This document shows, piece by piece, positions 8,724 through 19,334 of a DNA stretch of 64,000 bases (the first letter of the stretch is position 1; each line of letters begins with the position of its first letter). The stretch is taken from positions 1,056,001-1,120,000 of the forward strand of contig CP010425.1 of the NCBI GenBank assembly GCA_000830295.1. Direction: 5' to 3'. Position numbers and translations under genes: made by a program. The DNA comes from an archaeon GW2011_AR15. Lineage in GTDB: Archaea > Nanobdellota > Nanobdellia > Woesearchaeales > GW2011-AR15. Under the pieces are notes generated by a model. That model saw nothing but the letters and a program-made list of their open reading frames with translations, did no database searches and was not told the DNA's origin.

Positions 8724-9857
8724 TCAGATGGATTCTATTATCTTTAGGAATGCAGCAGCTATTTTCTCCTCTTTTTCTCGCGGGTACTTTGTTTCTGCCA
8801 GTGTCTTTCCTTCAAGAGGCTTGTCTGAGCCCACACCGGCAAAGAAATAGTTTATGCTGCCAAGATTTGGATAATTGCTATGGTATCCATGATCAAGGGA
8901 AGCCATAACTGACCATTCCATATCTAGAAAATCCCCCCCTGCTTTGAGACCATGCTCCAGGCTGGATTTGCTCTGTTTCAGCACAGAAGTCATGTTTATT
9001 GTTGTGCCTGCATGAACCTCTTCCGCAATGCTTTTCCTGAATATCCCAGAGACTTTTTTGTTGAACTCAAGCTGGTTGTATATTGGGTATGTCCTGAAAT
9101 CCCCTTTTACAACCTTCATTTCGTCAAGGGCTGCTATGGGAATGCAGATATCACCAACTTTAAGATCGGGATTCAATATCCCGATTTTGCCGAAATGAAA
9201 TATGTTCAGGTCAACCCCTAAAAAGTATGAGCTTGTCATGGAATAAATCTGGGAAAGTATGTTCCTGGCCTGATCAGCAAAAATATAGTCAAAACATATG
9301 ACCAGCTTATTATTTAGCTTCAGGATTTTGTAATTAAGGTATTCATTAGTATTCTCCCTTATGGCTTTAATGCCATTGAACTTAAGGGATCTGTGCGGGC
9401 CAAGCATAACAACTATCTCCTTGGATTTCACAATATCTTTAGGATTGATGCCCTTAAATATCTCAAGGACAAGCGAAAATGCAAATTCCTCGAATCTTTT
9501 GCCCGCCATTGCAGCATCATCTTTGTAATTGTTTACCTTAAGCGTGAGCTGCCTTCCAAGGATTTCGCTTAGGCTTTCCACAAGGTCAGTGTCCCTGAAC
9601 TTTCGCATGACTCCCCTTGTGTTTACAATATGCAGTATCCCTTTTTTGCTGTCCCAGAAATGGGGTTCTGTTGACTTCTCTGGGAAGTACTTTACCAGTC
9701 CTTTAATCTCAGTTTCCAGCTCTGAAGTTTTCCAGGCATTGTGCATAACAACTTCGCTGAGCTTCTTCAGCTGGTCATCTCTGACACGAGAGTCAGGATG
9801 GAGTTTCCTGTCAAAAGTATATGTCTCCCTCTGCTTCTGGACCATAACCCTATCCAT
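8724..9857 (-). CDS. Hypothetical protein with C-terminal nucleoside phosphorylase/AMP nucleosidase-like fold
   Basis: GKIGIL..LKVGDICIP, GTTIN, LDME, GSD pattern resembles the PNP/UDP superfamily. Confidence 0.6.
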   Translation of the reverse strand: MDRVMVQKQRETYTFDRKLHPDSRVRDDQLKKLSEVVMHNAWKTSELETEIKGLVKYFPEKSTEPHFWDSKKGILHIVNTRGVMRKFRDTDLVESLSEILGRQLTLKVNNYKDDAAMAGKRFEEFAFSLVLEIFKGINPKDIVKSKEIVVMLGPHRSLKFNGIKAIRENTNEYLNYKILKLNNKLVICFDYIFADQARNILSQIYSMTSSYFLGVDLNIFHFGKIGILNPDLKVGDICIPIAALDEMKVVKGDFRTYPIYNQLEFNKKVSGIFRKSIAEEVHAGTTINMTSVLKQSKSSLEHGLKAGGDFLDMEWSVMASLDHGYHSNYPNLGSINYFFAGVGSDKPLEGKTLAETKYPREKEEKIAAAFLKIIESI

Positions 9858-9897
9858 GGCAACCTGAAATAAAGTTAAATATTAATATATAACTATT

Positions 9898-10464
9898 ATG
9901 CATGAAAAGATGGATTTTGATAATGAAAAAAAACAGGCCCTGAATAAGCTGGACAAATCAAAAAAAGGGGAAATTGATGTGCAGATTCTTTCTTTGATAA
10001 AAAAAGTAAATAAAAATCCTGATTACTACACAACAAGCTCCTGTGCAGGCAGGGTCATGATCCTGAAGGAATCAGAAAGAAAAGACGGGGTTGAATGGGT
10101 CTTCTCAAGTCATGAAGCTGTAAAATACAGTGAAATAGGGAGACATCTGGCGGATGTTCCTGAAGAAACTTTGTGGTTCAGAATGGAGCCTCCGATATTC
10201 CATGTATGCTGCAGGGATATTAATGCTGCTGAAACCCTGATTAAGATAGCCAATAACTCGGGGTTCAGAAGGTCAGGGATAATCGGCATAAAGAAGAGGA
10301 TAATTGTTGAGATTCTTTTTCCGGAAAAGATGGATGCGCCTATATCTGAGAAAGGCAGCATGATCGTTGAAGAAGCTTATCTTAAAAGATTGATTTATTA
10401 TGCTAATTCCAAACTGAAGAAAACAAGAAAAAAATTAAAAATTTTTGAGGAATTATTTCCTTAA
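9898..10464 (+). CDS. taw3: tRNA wybutosine pathway methyltransferase TYW3/Taw3
   Basis: DKSKKGEID, YYTTSSCAGR, SH, GFRRSGI. Confidence 0.9.
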   Translation: MHEKMDFDNEKKQALNKLDKSKKGEIDVQILSLIKKVNKNPDYYTTSSCAGRVMILKESERKDGVEWVFSSHEAVKYSEIGRHLADVPEETLWFRMEPPIFHVCCRDINAAETLIKIANNSGFRRSGIIGIKKRIIVEILFPEKMDAPISEKGSMIVEEAYLKRLIYYANSKLKKTRKKLKIFEELFP

Positions 10465-11814
10465 TATTGCTACTACCAGGATACCGAATACGACCAGTGC
10501 CAGTAATAGCAATCCTCCAAGCAGTATCAGATACTGTGGTGATTCAAAGAAAGATTGCTTTTCTTCACCATATATGACTCCTGTTGAAGGCCCGACCTCA
10601 TCTACAACAACTACCGTATCGCTGTCCTCCTCTTCTTCCTCATCAGAAGGTGTTGCTCCGCCATTGCAGCCCTGTACTGTAAGCACAACGCTCTCCAGGT
10701 CTGTCTGCTCGTCATTATTGTAGTTTGCTTCTATTGCAATGACATACTCACCGGCAGCTGTGCTTGAGGGTATAGATAGGTCAAAGGTTCTTGTTTCAGT
10801 ATCCCCTTCGTCAATCTCTATATTGTAGACTTCTTCACGGATGCCCAGTTTTGATGATTCAACAAAGATAGATGCCTTATTCTGGTCATCTGTTCCTGTA
10901 TTCTCTATTGTAACCCTAAGAGTTGTATGGGTCTCGCCGCATGCAAGGCTTGCCGGGCTAAGTGATGCTGAGGTTACTGTGATTTCATCATCTTCAAGCT
11001 GCACTTCAAGAGTGAATTCAAGGTAATCCCCGTGGAGGGCCCCGTTTTCGTCCTCTCCTGTTACCCATAGCTCAAAGTCGTAGTCGTCCTCATCAAGGTC
11101 ACTAGGGATATCAAAGGATAGTGTCTCTGTAGCTGTATCATCTGCCTTAAGATCACCAAAATCTACAGTGTCATCATCAAATTCAGAATCTGCAGGCTCA
11201 AGTTCTGCCTCGATATCCTGTATTTCACAGTCTCCGTAGTCATCAGGATCATCGCAATCCCCATTATTGTCAAACCTGTTCTCTATGTCTATATCAAGGA
11301 CAATTTCATCATTTCTGCCGACTTCATCATAGCTGTCTCCGTCATCCAGGCTATTGTCGTCACCATCGATGGTTATCCTTGGATCTCCGAACCTCAGAAG
11401 GTTTTCAGCCTGCATTGTGAAATCAGAAATTGTCAGCAATGTGGTTGTTGAGTTTTTCACAACAATGTTACCTATATCAAAAGCTGTTGCCTGTCCCTGG
11501 CTGTCAACTGCATCCAGGTCAAGAGGAACATATCCATTGATTGTCAGCGTTGCTGACTCGTTTGAGTCCAGTGTTGTATCTGACAATGTGTAATTTACAC
11601 TATATTTAGAATCTACACCTGAAGAGGTGACGTTGATACCAGAAACTGTCTCGTTTCCGGTGTTAGTTATTGTAATGCTTGCTGAATCTGTCTCGCCTCT
11701 CTCCTGGCTGCTGCTTCCCAGCGCCACTGTTGAGCTTGAGGCTTCAATTGCAGCAAAAGCGCTTGCTATTGTAATTGCAAACATCAGCAAAAACAATATT
11801 ATCAGTTTTTTCAT
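10453..11814 (-). CDS. Putative S-layer/surface glycoprotein with CARDB/Ig-like domains
   Basis: Signal peptide, very acidic beta-rich body, TIENTG, several NxS/T sequons, C-terminal TM anchor. Confidence 0.75.
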   Translation of the reverse strand: MKKLIILFLLMFAITIASAFAAIEASSSTVALGSSSQERGETDSASITITNTGNETVSGINVTSSGVDSKYSVNYTLSDTTLDSNESATLTINGYVPLDLDAVDSQGQATAFDIGNIVVKNSTTTLLTISDFTMQAENLLRFGDPRITIDGDDNSLDDGDSYDEVGRNDEIVLDIDIENRFDNNGDCDDPDDYGDCEIQDIEAELEPADSEFDDDTVDFGDLKADDTATETLSFDIPSDLDEDDYDFELWVTGEDENGALHGDYLEFTLEVQLEDDEITVTSASLSPASLACGETHTTLRVTIENTGTDDQNKASIFVESSKLGIREEVYNIEIDEGDTETRTFDLSIPSSTAAGEYVIAIEANYNNDEQTDLESVVLTVQGCNGGATPSDEEEEEDSDTVVVVDEVGPSTGVIYGEEKQSFFESPQYLILLGGLLLLALVVFGILVVAILRK

Positions 11815-11910
11815 GGTATACCACCTGCTAAAATCATAAATCTATAGTGCCTGAGAATAACCAGTTATATATAAATCTTATGTAGCGTTACTATTTAAAA
11901 GTAAAAAAGA

Positions 11911-12474
11911 TTAAGAAAAATTAAAATGGTCCATCAGGTTGACCTGGGGGATAGGGTTCTTAAACTCCTTTTTCTCTTCCTTTGACTGCTCAACTATGAA
12001 ATCTTCAGGTTCCTCTTTATTAGCCAATAGGTCTTTGAGCGGCCTCTCATCCCCTATGTCTGTATAGACAGATTTTACTGCTTCTGCTGGCTGTGTTTTT
12101 CGCGTCTCTTCGACAGAAAGGACTTCATTAATCTCAATAGTCATAGTGTTGCGGGACTCCTCTTTAACCTGCACCTGAGGTCTGAGAACAGCCTCTGGCT
12201 CCTTAAACTCTGGAGGATTGTCTCTTTTATAACCGCTTACCATGATATGGAAATTTTTCCTTTCAGGGCTTGTTTTCTGGATAAGCTCCTCGATTTCCTC
12301 TTCATATGTCTTCTTTCTGCCCTCACTTTGGGTAGGCCTGTTTGCGTCTTCAAAATGCCTTGATACTCTCTTTTCAGTGCCCATAATGCTTTCTGCCATC
12401 CTTTGTGCCTCTGTAGGGCTGCTGGCAAGACCTGTTTTGGCTAGTGTTTCTGCAAGTGTATTCATATTAGTCAT
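11911..12474 (-). CDS. Hypothetical charged protein
   Basis: 187-aa ORF with AAGGTGG SD and upstream TATA. Confidence 0.7.
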   Translation of the reverse strand: MTNMNTLAETLAKTGLASSPTEAQRMAESIMGTEKRVSRHFEDANRPTQSEGRKKTYEEEIEELIQKTSPERKNFHIMVSGYKRDNPPEFKEPEAVLRPQVQVKEESRNTMTIEINEVLSVEETRKTQPAEAVKSVYTDIGDERPLKDLLANKEEPEDFIVEQSKEEKKEFKNPIPQVNLMDHFNFS

Positions 12475-12617
12475 GTTTATACCACCTTAAAGCTTGTTTT
12501 TATAGTTACAATAAATTAGTATACTGAAATGTATACTAATATATAAACTTTGTGATTTGTTTTTTGTTTGTTTTATGCGGAAAAGCTTTAATATAAGCTT
12601 TTTATTGGGGTGTACTA

Positions 12618-13202
12618 ATGGATCTTGTGGCTTTGGTGGGATTGGCAGGTTCTGGGAAAACAGAAGCTTCTAATATTTTCCGCGAACATGGCTATGGGTA
12701 TATCAGATTCGGAGATATAACTATGGACATTCTTAAAGAAAGAGGTTTAGAGGTAAATGAAAAAAATGAAAGAGCTGTTCGGGAAGGGGTCAGGAGAGAA
12801 TACGGAATGGCTGCATATGCAGTGCTAAATGAGGGCAAAATAAGAGAAGCTAGGGAATTGGGTGATGTTGTAATTGATGGGGTGTACAGCTGGGAAGAAG
12901 TTCTTCATTTAAAAGATAGATTTCCTGAAATACAGATAGTTGCCGTGGTCTGCCCGATGGAAACAAAATATGAACGGCTTGAAAAGAGGCCAGAAAGGCC
13001 GCTGACAAGAGAAGAGGCCCTGTCAAGAGATCTGGCAGACATTAAAAACCTAAATAAGGCTCCGCCAATAGTAATGCATGACTATCTGATAAATAACAAA
13101 GGATCAAGAAGGTATTTTAGATATCAGGTTGAAAATTTTATTCAGCCAAAAAATAAACTGGAAAGGATATATAATGAAGTTCTTGAAATCCTGACAGGAT
13201 GA
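12618..13202 (+). CDS. P-loop kinase (dephospho-CoA/adenylate kinase-like)
   Basis: GLAGSGKT Walker A, VIDG, RLEKR lid. Confidence 0.8.
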   Translation: MDLVALVGLAGSGKTEASNIFREHGYGYIRFGDITMDILKERGLEVNEKNERAVREGVRREYGMAAYAVLNEGKIREARELGDVVIDGVYSWEEVLHLKDRFPEIQIVAVVCPMETKYERLEKRPERPLTREEALSRDLADIKNLNKAPPIVMHDYLINNKGSRRYFRYQVENFIQPKNKLERIYNEVLEILTG

Positions 13203-14549
13203 TTACATCTTAGGCATTCCGCCCATTCTCTTCATCATCTTCTCCATATTCTTCATGTTGCCGCCCTTGAACATCTTCATCATCTTCTTTGCCTGCTTGT
13301 ACTGCTTCATAAGGTCGCGGACTTCCTTCGCAGAAGTTCCTGAGCCTTTTGCTATCCTCTCTATCCTTGTTCCTGAAATGCTGTCAGGATCCTCAAGCTC
13401 TTCTTTTGTGCAGGAATCCATTATATAACGCCATTTTTCAAGCTTCTCCTGCTGGACCTCAAGGGCATCTTTGGGAAGCTTCAGCTGCCCCATCCCGGGT
13501 ATCAGTTCTGCTATTTTAGAAAGCGGACCCATCTTCTTCATTGCCTGCATCTGCTCGTAAAGATCAATGAGGTTGAAGTCTCCCTTGAGAAATTTCTTCC
13601 CCATATCCTCTGCATCTTCTTTTGTGATGGCTTCTTCTGCTTTCTTCAGCAGGGCCTCAATATCACCCATCCCAAGCAGCCTTGAAACAAATCCTTTTGG
13701 GTTGAATTCTTCAAAATCATCGGGCTTTTCCCCGACTCCGATAAACCTGACAGGCGCTTTTGTTACTGCGCACGCGGAAAGTGCCCCGCCTCCTTTTGCA
13801 GTTCCCTCAAGCTTTGTGATTATAACTCCGGTTATGTTACATGTTTCGTGGAATTTTACTGCCTGCTTTTCTGCTGCCTGGCCCAGATCTGCACTTACTA
13901 CAAGCAGCCTCTCATCAGCCTTTACAGCCTTGCTTATCCTGTTAAGCTCTGCTATAAGTTCGTCCGATAATGCGTCACGGCCTGCTGTATCAATGATGAT
14001 AACATCAAAATTCTTGAGCTCTTTCTCGAATTTCCTGTAAATTTTCAGCGGATCCTTCTCCTTCGGATCACCAAATACGGGAATGCTAAGCTTTTTCCCA
14101 AGCTGCTCAAGCTGGCTGAATGCAGCAGGTCTCCAGACATCCAGCTGGATTAAAGCTATTTTGCCTGCCCTCTTCTGGAAGAATTTTGCCAGCTTGCCGG
14201 CTGTTGTTGTTTTTCCGGAGCCGAAAAGCCCGACAAGCATTATCTTAAACTGCTTTTTCTTTATCTCTATCTTGTGCCCTTCCCCTCCTAAAAACTTGAC
14301 AAGCTCCTCATATAAGATGTTGATTATGTGCTCTTTCTTGGTCATGCCTGCAGGCTCTTTTTCCTCAAGAGCCCTTTTCTTTATGCTGCTGCTCAGGTCA
14401 AAAACAAGCTGGACATTCACATCGCTCTGCAGAAGAGCGCGCTGGATATCCTTAACAAGCTCGTTCACAAGCTTCTCATCTACAAAAACAGAATTCGCTA
14501 TCTTCTCAAGCGTGCTTTTCAGCGAGCTTCCTAGTTTTTCTAAAACCAT
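13203..14549 (-). CDS. srp54: Signal recognition particle protein SRP54
   Basis: GLFGSGKTT, DTAGR, TKLEG, RIERIAKGSG, Met-rich M domain; true start MVLEKL at 14549. Confidence 0.97.
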   Translation of the reverse strand: MVLEKLGSSLKSTLEKIANSVFVDEKLVNELVKDIQRALLQSDVNVQLVFDLSSSIKKRALEEKEPAGMTKKEHIINILYEELVKFLGGEGHKIEIKKKQFKIMLVGLFGSGKTTTAGKLAKFFQKRAGKIALIQLDVWRPAAFSQLEQLGKKLSIPVFGDPKEKDPLKIYRKFEKELKNFDVIIIDTAGRDALSDELIAELNRISKAVKADERLLVVSADLGQAAEKQAVKFHETCNITGVIITKLEGTAKGGGALSACAVTKAPVRFIGVGEKPDDFEEFNPKGFVSRLLGMGDIEALLKKAEEAITKEDAEDMGKKFLKGDFNLIDLYEQMQAMKKMGPLSKIAELIPGMGQLKLPKDALEVQQEKLEKWRYIMDSCTKEELEDPDSISGTRIERIAKGSGTSAKEVRDLMKQYKQAKKMMKMFKGGNMKNMEKMMKRMGGMPKM

Positions 14550-14632
14550 TGTTGATAAAAACCGGGGTTTTCTTATAAAGTTTTGCCATTTTAACGGCAG
14601 GATTTTAATATAAGCTAAAATCACCTCAAAAA

Positions 14633-15310
14633 ATGAGATACATAGACTACACTATTGACGTTGGCGGCTTAGAAAAAAGAATAGGTGTTCTAGGAGAGAA
14701 CCATATTTACAATGACAAAGATGTCATGTTTGCCAGTCAAATCATGCCAAGTTATGATATCCTTTTGAGGGAAGGGAATAATAATGCGGAGTCTTCTTTG
14801 CTTTTTAGACTGGTCGCATTTATGTCTCTACCTCTTTATCTGGCATATTCCTTTGCATCTGACAGGTCCTTTCTTAATCCAAGTGTAAAAGATATTGCAG
14901 AAGAACTGGGAAAAGAGATACGCTGGCTGGATTATGATATGGCAAAATCTTATCCGATAATAAATCAGGCTATGATATTCCTAGTAAGCACCATGTCGAT
15001 ATTCAGAGCACCTTTCATATATAAGGATATAAAAACGAACGGAGACACCCTGACACCAGGAACAAAAAATTATGAGAAATATATGTTTGGACAAATGAAA
15101 GGATATAATAATTTTTTTGAGAAGCTGGACCTGTTCAAATCAAATGTTTATGGAAGAGATTCTTATTATTACGGACAACTATCTTCATTGTTAAAAGAAG
15201 ATGCTAATAATATCCTTGTTTCTGTTGGAGATGCCCATTATCTCGGTATAATCTCAAGGCTAAACAATGAATATGAAATCCTAAAAATAAACCAATTCAT
15301 GGTCTTCTAG
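14633..15310 (+). CDS. Hypothetical protein, TraB/TIKI-like
   Basis: LGENH, EG, RD and VGDAH pattern resembles TraB; AT-rich. Confidence 0.5.
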   Translation: MRYIDYTIDVGGLEKRIGVLGENHIYNDKDVMFASQIMPSYDILLREGNNNAESSLLFRLVAFMSLPLYLAYSFASDRSFLNPSVKDIAEELGKEIRWLDYDMAKSYPIINQAMIFLVSTMSIFRAPFIYKDIKTNGDTLTPGTKNYEKYMFGQMKGYNNFFEKLDLFKSNVYGRDSYYYGQLSSLLKEDANNILVSVGDAHYLGIISRLNNEYEILKINQFMVF

Positions 15311-15311
15311 A

Positions 15312-15728
15312 TTACTTTTTCCTGCTTTCAAAAGAATACGCCGGCTTGCTGACTTCCTGCAGCCACATAAGACCTATCTTCATCATGTCCTTGTTGAATT
15401 TCTCAGAGATCTTGTAGACTTTGTTGTAAAGGTCATAGTCAATAAGACCCATGCTCTTCATAGGAGTTAATATCCTGTCATAAAACTGCCTTTTGTTGTA
15501 TGATATTTTTACCTTTTTTCCCCTGTACGGCTCTTCATCAATTTCCCCTATAAGCTCTCCGTCATGCAGCTTTGTTGCAAAGAGAGACATCTCTGTCTTG
15601 GTAATCTGGCTGTTATTCTGCTTCATGTAATTCAGGAGAAGTTTGGCAACTATTGTCTGCTGTTTTGTGGCAAATATTACTTCAAATATATCCTCTGGCA
15701 GGTTAAACCTGTCATACAATATTACCAT
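15312..15728 (-). CDS. Hypothetical protein, probable winged-helix
   Basis: QFYDRILTPMKSMGLIDYD-type wHTH C-terminus. Confidence 0.65.
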   Translation of the reverse strand: MVILYDRFNLPEDIFEVIFATKQQTIVAKLLLNYMKQNNSQITKTEMSLFATKLHDGELIGEIDEEPYRGKKVKISYNKRQFYDRILTPMKSMGLIDYDLYNKVYKISEKFNKDMMKIGLMWLQEVSKPAYSFESRKK

Positions 15729-15854
15729 TAAATATACCCCCTAATATACAAGGAAGTATACTGAGATTTAAATAATTTTCCTCAATTTGGTAATTGTTGA
15801 CTTTTATAGTTTCGCAGGATTTATAAACAGAATTTTAATTATACTTATAATATA

Positions 15855-18188
15855 ATGAAAAAAGAGATGGCAATTGATTCTATAAAAAAATATGTCAGGG
15901 CTGCCAACTATATCTCTGCTGCCCAGATTTACCTCCGGGATAATTTCCTGCTTGAAAAGCCGCTGGCATTTGAGCATATAAAGCCAAGGCTGCTGGGGCA
16001 CTGGGGAACATGCCCGGGAATCAATTTTGTTTATGCTAATCTAAATTACTTAATAAAAAAGCACAGGCAGAGCATGCTGTTTGTCCTCGGTCCTGGGCAT
16101 GGCTTTCCTGCATTACAGGCAAACCTGTTTATAGAGGGGACCTTGGCCAAGTATTATCCAAGAGCAAAACCCAACCTGAAAGGGCTGATATATCTCGGCA
16201 AAGAATTCAGCTGGCCCTACGGCTTTCCAAGCCACAGCAACCCCGGAACCCCCGGGGTAATTCTGGAAGGCGGAGAGCTGGGATATTCCCTGAGCACTTC
16301 TTACGGTGCAATTCTCGACAATCCTGACCTTATAGTTGCCTGTCTTGTCGGTGATGGAGAGGCTGAAACCGGGCCGACTGCAACTGCCTGGCATATCAAC
16401 AAATTCATAGATCCTGCTGTCAACGGCGCTGTGCTGCCGATACTCCATCTCAACGGCTACAAGATATCAGGGCCGACAATATTCGGAAGGATGAGCAACA
16501 AGGAGCTGGAAAGCCTGTTTTACGGTTATGGATATGATCCTGTGATTGTTGATGAAAAAGAAGGGAACATATACGGCAGGATGATTGATGTGCTGGAAAA
16601 CAGCTACAGGAAAATAAAGGGAATACAGAAGCATGCCAGAGAAAAAAAAGAGATTGCATCTCCAAGATTCCCAATGATTATTTTAAGGACTCCGAAGGGA
16701 TGGACAGGCATCAAAAGGCTGAATGGGGAAAAAATAGAGGATAACTGCCTTTCACACCAGGTTGTCGGGAAGGAAGCAAAGACAAGCGGGCACGAGCTGA
16801 AGAGCATTGAAGCATGGCTGAAGTCATACAATTTCACAGAGCTGTTTGGCAGAGAGGATGGATTTGCCAAAGAGATTACAGGCATAGTCCCCAAACCTGA
16901 TTTTTGCATGGGACAGAACAGGCATGCTTTTGGAGGAGAAGTATACCAAAAGCTCAGGCTGCCAAGCCCGGCAAAATTTTCTGAAGACTCTTCACTTCCC
17001 GGGATTATAGGGAGCAGCAGCATGAGAAGGGCAGGAGCTTACCTTAATGATGTTTTCAGGCTGAATAAGCATAATTTCAGGCTCTTCTCGCCTGATGAAA
17101 CATATTCAAACAAGCTGGATGAGGTTTTCTGCACAACCTCAAGGTCTTTTGTCTGGCCTGTGAAAAAATGGGACAAGGACATTTCAAGAAACGGAAGAGT
17201 GATAGAGATGCTCAGCGAGCATACATTACAGGGCTTGTGCCAAGGTTACATACTGACAGGAAGGCATGCTGTCTTTGCCTCTTATGAAGCATTTGTAGAG
17301 ATTGTAAGCAGCATGGCAAGCCAGTATGAGAAATTCCTGAAAGCATCAAAGGACTTCCCATGGAGAAAGCCAATCGCTTCCTTAAATTACATCCTGACTT
17401 CCTCAGGATGGAGGCAGGAGCACAACGGATTTTCCCATCAGAACCCTAAATTCATCAGCGGCTTCCTGGAGAAAGCAGGCTGCCTAGGCAGGGTCTATTT
17501 TCCTCCTGACGGAAGCAGCACATTGGTAGTATTAAAGCAATGTCTGGAATCAAGGAACAGGATAAATGTCATTGTTGCAGGAAAAACTGTCGAACCGAGA
17601 TGGCTTACCCTCACCAAAGCCAAAGAAGAGCTTAAGGCCGGAATGATGGTGTGGGATTTCTGCAGCGATAGCAATCCCGATATTGTGTTTGGCGGAATAG
17701 GGGATTACCTTACAAAAGAGTGCATTGCAGCTATCTCCCTGCTAAAGGAATACGCACCTGAGATAAAAGTCAGGTTTGTAAATGTCATGGAAGTCACTGC
17801 ATTGGGATTTGGAGGAGGCTCTGCTGACTTTAACAGCTACTTTACAAAGGACAAGCCGGTGATATTCAATTACCATGGATACAGGAGCGATATTGAAGCA
17901 TTATTGCTGGAATATGATAATGTTAAGAGGTTCAGGGTGCATGGCTACACTGAAAGCGGATCAACCACAACTCCCTTCGATATGCACATAAGAAACAAGA
18001 CAAGCAGGTACCATCTGGTAATTGAAACATTAAGTATTTTATCAGCGAAAAAAATTGTAACTTCTGCCAAAGCCGAAAAACTAGCTGTGCTTTTTGAAGA
18101 AAAGATAAGGAAACACTCTGATTTCATAAGGGAATTTGGTGATGACCCTGATGAGATTAAATACTGGCGATGGAAAGGAAAACACTGA
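15855..18188 (+). CDS. xfp: Phosphoketolase (X5P/F6P)
   Basis: LLGHWGTCPG, GPGHG, EGGELGY, GDGEAETG, LHLNGYKI, SPDET, QEHNGFSHQ. Confidence 0.95.
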   Translation: MKKEMAIDSIKKYVRAANYISAAQIYLRDNFLLEKPLAFEHIKPRLLGHWGTCPGINFVYANLNYLIKKHRQSMLFVLGPGHGFPALQANLFIEGTLAKYYPRAKPNLKGLIYLGKEFSWPYGFPSHSNPGTPGVILEGGELGYSLSTSYGAILDNPDLIVACLVGDGEAETGPTATAWHINKFIDPAVNGAVLPILHLNGYKISGPTIFGRMSNKELESLFYGYGYDPVIVDEKEGNIYGRMIDVLENSYRKIKGIQKHAREKKEIASPRFPMIILRTPKGWTGIKRLNGEKIEDNCLSHQVVGKEAKTSGHELKSIEAWLKSYNFTELFGREDGFAKEITGIVPKPDFCMGQNRHAFGGEVYQKLRLPSPAKFSEDSSLPGIIGSSSMRRAGAYLNDVFRLNKHNFRLFSPDETYSNKLDEVFCTTSRSFVWPVKKWDKDISRNGRVIEMLSEHTLQGLCQGYILTGRHAVFASYEAFVEIVSSMASQYEKFLKASKDFPWRKPIASLNYILTSSGWRQEHNGFSHQNPKFISGFLEKAGCLGRVYFPPDGSSTLVVLKQCLESRNRINVIVAGKTVEPRWLTLTKAKEELKAGMMVWDFCSDSNPDIVFGGIGDYLTKECIAAISLLKEYAPEIKVRFVNVMEVTALGFGGGSADFNSYFTKDKPVIFNYHGYRSDIEALLLEYDNVKRFRVHGYTESGSTTTPFDMHIRNKTSRYHLVIETLSILSAKKIVTSAKAEKLAVLFEEKIRKHSDFIREFGDDPDEIKYWRWKGKH

Positions 18189-19315
18189 TTGTCAATATAG
18201 GAAGCACTTCCAAAAAGTATGCTCTTTATTCTGATAAGGAACTAATAAGAATTACCCTAAACATAGACCTGGATTGCGGTTATAAGGCGAATGGCAAGGT
18301 CTCAAAATTAAAAGCCGGCAGAAAAGAATACAATGATTCAGCAAAATACGTTCTTAATCTACTGATGAAAAAAGAGCTGATAGCATCAAAAAAAGAAATT
18401 GAGAAAATTGCTGTGCGTGTTGTTTCCCCTGGGAATTTCTTCCAGAAAAACAGGCCAATAAATAGAGAATACATCACAAAGCTGGAGGAATCAAGGAGCA
18501 TGGCTCCGCTCCATATTGAACCTGTGCTTGGAGAGCTGAAGAAAATATTAAAAGAATTCAGGGGAGCCAGGATAATCGCTGTTTCAGACAGCGCTTTCCA
18601 TTATACTCTGGGGTCTGCTGCGAAATACTATGCAATCCCAAAAAAATACTCTGATTTATTCGGCATCTACAGGTATGGATACCATGGGATTTCAGCAAGC
18701 TCTGTCATCAGGCATCTGAAATCATCTTCCAAACTGCCGGAGAGGATTATAATCTGCCACCTGGGAGGAGGCTGCAGCATAACTGCAGTAAAGAACGGAA
18801 AAAGCATAGATACCTCAATGGGCTTCAGCCCCCTGGAAGGCCTCTACATGGCATCCAGATCCGGGGACATTGACCCGTCTATTGTCTTCTATCTCCTGAA
18901 AAAATTTTCTGCTGAAAACCTCTTAAAAATGCTGAATAGTGAATCTGGACTGCTTGGTGTGTCAGGAAAGAGCTCAAGCGTAAAAGAGCTTATTGATTTA
19001 AAGGACAGCAGATCAAAATTAGCTATGGACATGTATGCATACAAGATAAAGAAGTATATAGGCTCGTATTATGCCGCGCTCAACGGGTTGGATGTGCTTG
19101 TATTTACAGGGGCAGTCGGCTCTGGTTCTGTGAAGATGAGAAGGAAAATCTGCCAGGATTTGGCCGGGCTTGGCATTAGTCTTGATACAGCAAAAAATTC
19201 AAGGAATAAAAAAGGCTTTATCCATGCTTCTGGCTCCAAGGCAAAAATATTCATCATGGAGACAGATGAAATTGAAGAGATGTACAGGATAATAACCCAA
19301 TATCCAAAAGTTTAA
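18170..19315 (+). CDS. ackA: Acetate kinase
   Basis: NIGSTSKK, APLH, DSAFH, RYGYHG, HLGGGCS, DTSMGFSPLEG, RSGDIDP; overlaps xfp. Confidence 0.93.
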   Translation: MERKTLIVNIGSTSKKYALYSDKELIRITLNIDLDCGYKANGKVSKLKAGRKEYNDSAKYVLNLLMKKELIASKKEIEKIAVRVVSPGNFFQKNRPINREYITKLEESRSMAPLHIEPVLGELKKILKEFRGARIIAVSDSAFHYTLGSAAKYYAIPKKYSDLFGIYRYGYHGISASSVIRHLKSSSKLPERIIICHLGGGCSITAVKNGKSIDTSMGFSPLEGLYMASRSGDIDPSIVFYLLKKFSAENLLKMLNSESGLLGVSGKSSSVKELIDLKDSRSKLAMDMYAYKIKKYIGSYYAALNGLDVLVFTGAVGSGSVKMRRKICQDLAGLGISLDTAKNSRNKKGFIHASGSKAKIFIMETDEIEEMYRIITQYPKV

Positions 19316-19334
19316 AAATCCGACATAGTTCACA

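Noticed and set aside
14550-14624. N-terminal extension of SRP54
   Set aside because: The conserved start is MVLEKL and the extension runs through the promoter
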